This document shows, one piece after another, positions 59,931 through 64,000 of a stretch of DNA of 64,000 bases (position 1 is the stretch's first letter; each line of letters begins with the position of its first letter). A program made the translations under genes and the position numbers. Source of the DNA: Actinomycetota bacterium (GTDB taxonomy: Bacteria; Actinomycetota; Humimicrobiia; Humimicrobiales; Humimicrobiaceae); NCBI GenBank assembly GCA_028717265.1, contig JAQUOE010000001.1, positions 16,963 to 80,962 of the forward strand, in the 5' to 3' direction. The notes beneath the pieces were generated by a model. That model made no database searches. It saw nothing but the letters and a program-made list of their open reading frames with translations, and was not told the origin of the DNA.

Positions 59931-61238
59931 ATGTTTTTGGATGAAGCTAAAATTAATATAAAAGCAGGAGACGGCGGAAATGGCATGGTCACCTTTTTCA
60001 ATTTGAATAGCGGAGCAAGAAAAATTCCCAGCGGAGGAAGCGGAGGAAAAGGTGGAGATGTAATAATAAAAGCAACAGTAAGCTTAAGCACATTATATGT
60101 ATTTAAAAAGAAAATACATTTTAAGGCCGAAAACGGTAAAAATGGCGCGTTCAATAACAGAAATGGCAAAGCCGGGATGGATCTGATAATAGATGTACCG
60201 ATTGGTACAGTCATCAAGGATGAGGATGGAGATGTGATTGCCGACCTGGATGCTCCGGGAGATGAAATTATTATTGTGGAAGGCGGAATAGGCGGTAAAG
60301 GAAATTCCAGTTTCGTGTCCTCAAAAAGAAGATTTCCTGCATTCGCGGAGTTGGGGGAAAAAACAGAGGATTTCTGGATAGGTCTCGAACTCAGGCTGGT
60401 CGCAGATGCGGCACTGGTCGGATTTCCTAATTCCGGCAAGTCTACTATAATCAGCAGAATATCCTCTGCAAGGCCGAAAATTGCAGATTACCCATTTACT
60501 ACTTTGACCCCAAATCTGGGCGTGGTAACGGTTGATGATGATAATTTTATAGTGACTGATGTCCCGGGACTTATAAAGGGTGCATATAAAGGAATAGGCC
60601 TTGGGGATAAATTCCTCAAGCATATAACCAGAGCTGCGGTGCTGGCAATAGTCCTGGACGGGCAGAGGATCATAGATAAGAGCGAGGACATAATCGATAC
60701 TTTTGATATTTTAAGGGAGGAATTAAGGCTATATAATATAGAAGTATACAAAAAAGACTATATAGTTTTAATCAATAAAATCGATTTGATAACAGATGAT
60801 ACCGTACTGCATGGAATTAAAAAAATATTGGAGGAAAAGAGCGGCAAGGATGTTTTTTTAATTTCAGCGGTCACGGGCAAGGGCCTTGAAGGATCGGTCT
60901 GGAATTTATACGAAAAAGTAGATAGATACAGGAAAGAAGTAAGGAAAGACAGAGACATAGAGTTTAAAAAACGTGAGATGACCAGAGTTTATGGTCCGGA
61001 TAAAAAAAGTCCCGGGATTGAAAAAATCGAAATCGAAAAAAACAATAATGAATATACGGTAAAGAATAAAAGATTAGAAAGAATGGTGGCCATGACTGAT
61101 CTGGAAAACGAAGAAGCGCTGGATTATTTAAAAGAAAGACTGAAAAAAATCGGAATTGCCGATACGTTGAAGAAAATGGGCATCAGCGAAGGCAGCACCA
61201 TAATTATCGGCAGACTTGTTTTTTCAATGACAGAATGA
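59931..61238 (+). CDS. obg: GTPase Obg/CgtA
   Basis: Has an N-terminal Obg fold (DEAKINIKAGDGGNGMVTF), G motifs (GFPNSGKST, DVPG, NKID) and a C-terminal OCT-like domain. Confidence 0.9.
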   Translation: MFLDEAKINIKAGDGGNGMVTFFNLNSGARKIPSGGSGGKGGDVIIKATVSLSTLYVFKKKIHFKAENGKNGAFNNRNGKAGMDLIIDVPIGTVIKDEDGDVIADLDAPGDEIIIVEGGIGGKGNSSFVSSKRRFPAFAELGEKTEDFWIGLELRLVADAALVGFPNSGKSTIISRISSARPKIADYPFTTLTPNLGVVTVDDDNFIVTDVPGLIKGAYKGIGLGDKFLKHITRAAVLAIVLDGQRIIDKSEDIIDTFDILREELRLYNIEVYKKDYIVLINKIDLITDDTVLHGIKKILEEKSGKDVFLISAVTGKGLEGSVWNLYEKVDRYRKEVRKDRDIEFKKREMTRVYGPDKKSPGIEKIEIEKNNNEYTVKNKRLERMVAMTDLENEEALDYLKERLKKIGIADTLKKMGISEGSTIIIGRLVFSMTE

Positions 61239-61259
61239 ATTTTATTCGAGGGGTAATAA

Positions 61260-62396
61260 ATGGAAGATAGAAAAAAGTATTTAGAGAATATTAAAAGAAT
61301 AGTCATAAAAATAGGCTCGAGCAGCCTGACCTTAAAGGCGGGCGGACTTGATAGAACCAGCATAAAGAAATTTGTTGATGAAGTAAGTTATCTGGCAAAC
61401 AGGGGAATAGAAGTGATCATAGTGACCAGCGGAGCAATTGCCGCGGGTCTGGAGAGTTTAAAGATTAAAAAGAAACCTGAAGATATTACTATGTTGCAAG
61501 CTGCTGCGTGTGTGGGGCAGCTGGAACTTATGAGTATTTATAGCAGCTTATTTCTTAAGAATAATTTAAAGAGCGGCCAGATACTTCTGACGCATGAGGA
61601 CACAACACGGAGGAAGCAATATCTAAATATAAAAAATACAATAAAAAATTTAATTGGTTTGAATATCATACCGATCATCAATGAAAATGATAGTGTGGCC
61701 GTCGATGAAATAAAATTCGGCGATAATGATCAGCTGGCTGCTCTGGTCGCTATTCTGGCGGAAGCCGACACTCTAATAATCCTGACCGATATAGATGGAG
61801 TATATGATAAGGATCCAAGAATTTACGGCAGCGCGAAGCTGATTCCATATATTGACAAAATAAGTGAAGATATGGAACGTGCCGCCGGTGGAATCGGGTC
61901 CACATACGGTATAGGCGGAATGAAATCTAAAATGAAAGCGGCCAAGATCTGTTCCTTTTCCGGTATAAAGACAATAATAGCAAACAGCAGAAGGAAAGAC
62001 ATTTTAAATAAGATTATTGCCGGAGATGACGCAGGGACTTTTTTTGCGCCTCAGACTGCAAAAAAAATAAAAAGCATAAAAAAATGGATAGCATTTGGGA
62101 AAAAGACAAGAGGGGCAATAGTAATAGACCGGGGAGCGGAAGAAGCCGTGCTGAATAAAGGCAAAAGCATACTGGCAGTCGGAGTGGTAGGCGTGGAGGG
62201 TAAATTTGATAAAGGCGATACATTGCAGGTATTTTCGCTTGACGGTAAGTTAATTGCCAGGGGAATATGTAACTTTTCGAGTGAAGAAATACAAAAAATA
62301 AAAGGTAAGAATAAAAAGAAAATTCTCTCAGAATTTGACGATTCCGTGTGCACGGAGGTGATTCACAGGGATTGCCTGGTAGTTTTTAATGAATGA
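61260..62396 (+). CDS. proB: glutamate 5-kinase with a PUA domain
   Basis: Contains VIKIGSSSLT and a C-terminal PUA (RGAIVIDRGAEEAV...). 378 aa. Confidence 0.85.
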   Translation: MEDRKKYLENIKRIVIKIGSSSLTLKAGGLDRTSIKKFVDEVSYLANRGIEVIIVTSGAIAAGLESLKIKKKPEDITMLQAAACVGQLELMSIYSSLFLKNNLKSGQILLTHEDTTRRKQYLNIKNTIKNLIGLNIIPIINENDSVAVDEIKFGDNDQLAALVAILAEADTLIILTDIDGVYDKDPRIYGSAKLIPYIDKISEDMERAAGGIGSTYGIGGMKSKMKAAKICSFSGIKTIIANSRRKDILNKIIAGDDAGTFFAPQTAKKIKSIKKWIAFGKKTRGAIVIDRGAEEAVLNKGKSILAVGVVGVEGKFDKGDTLQVFSLDGKLIARGICNFSSEEIQKIKGKNKKKILSEFDDSVCTEVIHRDCLVVFNE

Positions 62397-62440
62397 TTTT
62401 CACCGGGTTTTTTATGTTATAATAACTAAAACCGGAGGGA

Positions 62441-63700
62441 TTGATGGATTTAATACTGGAAATAGCAAAGAAGGCAAAAGAAAATACGAAGTTTATCTCT
62501 AGTGCCGGAACCAGAATCAAAAATAAAATATTATCCGGCATATCAAAGCATCTTACTGGCAGTGCCGAAGAGATTATAAAAGAAAATGAAAAGGATATGA
62601 GGGCATCCAAAGAAAAGGGAGTGTCCGAAAGTCTGTTTGACAGGTTGAAACTGAGCAGGGAAAGAATAGAAAGAAAAGCTGAAAGTATAGATAAAATCAT
62701 CAAATTCGAGGATCCGGTAGGAGAAGTAATTTTTGGTTATAACCTTCCGAATGGACTGATCTTAAAAAATATAAGGGTACCTCTGGGAGTTATCGGAATA
62801 ATATATGAAGCCAGACCTGATGTCACCATAGATGCTTCGGTTCTATGCATAAAAGCAGGAAATTGTATTATTTTGAGAGGCAGTTCTCATGCACTCAATA
62901 CAAATAAAAAATTGGTAGAGGTAATGGGCAGGGGTCTGGAGGATAATGGTTTTCCTAAAAGTATCATACAGATTGTTCCTTCGGCAGGCAGAGAGGATGT
63001 AACCAGATTAATGCAATTAAGGCAATATATAGATGTCCTTATTCCGAGAGGAGGAAAGAGTCTGATTGAAAGCGTTGTGGAGAACTCCAGAATACCGGTA
63101 ATCGAGACCGGGATTGGAAATTGTCATATATATATTGACAATGTACTGAATGGAATAAGCACAGATATCATTACCGGTATAGTGGTAAATGCAAAGACAC
63201 AGCGTCCAAGCGTATGCAACGCTGCTGAAAAATTATTAATACATAAAGATGTTGCCGAAGGAATATTGCCTCCGGTGCTAAAAAAGCTCGAAGAAAGAAA
63301 TGTAAAGCTTTTTGGATGTCCTGAATCCAAAAAAATTCATCCTTCCATAGAGCTGGCTTCTGAAAAAGACTGGTATGAAGAATATCTGGATTATAAAATG
63401 GCGGTCAGGGTAGTCGGCAGTATCGAAGAAGCTGTAAATCATATTAATAAATACGGTTCCCACCATACTGAAACTATAATAACATCGGACTATGGAAACT
63501 CTATTTATTTTACGAATAAAATAGATTCCGCATCGATTTTTGTGAATGCTTCAACCAGATTCACGGATGGCGAGGAATTTGGGCTTGGTGCAGAAATCGG
63601 AATAAGCACCCAGAAACTTCACTGGAGGGGCCCTATGGGACTGCGGCAACTAACGACCAATAAATTCATAGTTCTGGGTCAGGGCCAGATAAGGGAATAA
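62441..63700 (+). CDS. proA: glutamate-5-semialdehyde dehydrogenase (gamma-glutamyl phosphate reductase)
   Basis: 419 aa, ALDH-fold, follows proB. Contains ...CNAAEKLLIH... with the catalytic Cys. Confidence 0.85.
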   Translation: MMDLILEIAKKAKENTKFISSAGTRIKNKILSGISKHLTGSAEEIIKENEKDMRASKEKGVSESLFDRLKLSRERIERKAESIDKIIKFEDPVGEVIFGYNLPNGLILKNIRVPLGVIGIIYEARPDVTIDASVLCIKAGNCIILRGSSHALNTNKKLVEVMGRGLEDNGFPKSIIQIVPSAGREDVTRLMQLRQYIDVLIPRGGKSLIESVVENSRIPVIETGIGNCHIYIDNVLNGISTDIITGIVVNAKTQRPSVCNAAEKLLIHKDVAEGILPPVLKKLEERNVKLFGCPESKKIHPSIELASEKDWYEEYLDYKMAVRVVGSIEEAVNHINKYGSHHTETIITSDYGNSIYFTNKIDSASIFVNASTRFTDGEEFGLGAEIGISTQKLHWRGPMGLRQLTTNKFIVLGQGQIRE

Positions 63701-64000
63701 ATGGGAAAAAATAAGAAACAATATAAAAAAATAGGTATTATGGGGGGCACATTCAATCCAATCCATATTGGCCATCTGGTCACAGCTGAGGAAGCTTTGA
63801 GCCAGTTTAAACTGGATATAGTGATTTTTATACCTACAGGAGATCCGCCGCACAAAATTGAAAATGATACAGCAAGTGCCGAGGACAGGTATATAATGGC
63901 TGTTATTGCTACTTCTTCGAACAGCAGTTTTTTTGTTTCAAGAATGGAAATAGACAGGAAAGGAAAGTCGTATACAATAGATACTGTCAGGCAGTTAAAA
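63701..64000 (+). CDS. nadD: nicotinate-nucleotide adenylyltransferase, N-terminal part (3' end outside the window)
   Basis: ATG directly after the proA stop. Reads MGKNKKQYKKIGIMGGTFNPIHIGHLV (the (H/T)xGH motif). The frame is open to the window end. Confidence 0.8.
   Translation, partial: MGKNKKQYKKIGIMGGTFNPIHIGHLVTAEEALSQFKLDIVIFIPTGDPPHKIENDTASAEDRYIMAVIATSSNSSFFVSRMEIDRKGKSYTIDTVRQLK

Noticed and set aside
1-64000. I looked for CRISPR arrays, integrase/transposase/IS elements and att-site duplicates of the ssrA 3' end or of tRNA 3' ends.
   Set aside because: There are no regularly spaced direct repeats with unique spacers, no DDE or tyrosine-recombinase-like ORFs, and no visible duplicate of the tmRNA or tRNA 3' ends downstream. 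Mobile-element involvement at 29550-31693 remains inference only.

Overview
This window is a low-GC bacterial chromosomal segment, almost entirely on the + strand, whose gene order resembles Firmicutes (hpf-secA-prfB, ftsEX-ctpA, smpB-ssrA, tig-clpPX, maf-mreBCD-mrdA-rodA, rng-rplU-rpmA ... obg-proBA-nadD). Main blocks, in order:
- 1-5357: trp operon trpE(partial)-D-C-F-B-A.
- 5496-6524: a DUF5050-type repeat lipoprotein.
- 6600-8897: an accessory slot holding decayed PIN-like and HEPN/MtlR-like toxin remnants and an AAA_14/DUF4143 ATPase.
- 8963-15726: a GDP-mannose/GDP-D-rhamnose glycan cluster (GT2, rmd-like, manC-like, gmd, phosphohexomutase, PGI/PMI).
- 15751-19239: a translationally coupled ahcY-mtnA pair flanked by two paralogous NT+LbH nucleotidyltransferase genes.
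- 19205-29139: comF-like, csp, hpf, secA, prfB with its programmed +1 frameshift, ftsE-ftsX-M23(EnvC-like)-ctpA, and smpB.
- 29197-31693: tmRNA, then an orphan RHH antitoxin gene preceded by a perfect 25-bp palindrome, plus a hydrolase and a methyltransferase.
- 31881-34834: murI, rph, rdgB and an array of 7 tRNAs.
- 34988-36563: an ECF sigma / anti-sigma pair on the - strand.
- 36893-51572: tig-clpP-clpX-valS-folC, ndk, maf-mreBCD-mrdA-rodA.
- 51590-56476: a conserved radical-SAM (TIGR03960-like) + DUF2344-like pair, rng, rplU, rpmA.
- 56490-59881: a convergent split chrA pair and two tandem Zn-ADH genes inserted before obg.
- 59931-64000: obg-proB-proA-nadD(partial).
No CRISPR array, transposase or integrase was seen. 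The most unusual observations are two genes (rmd-like and rplU) that can only be full-length from an ATT start codon, the eIF2B-like pairing of MtnA-family and NT+LbH genes around ahcY, the orphan antitoxin with operator-like palindrome just 3' of tmRNA, and the uncharacterised rSAM pair beside rng. All calls rest on motifs and synteny recalled from memory; no database search was possible.
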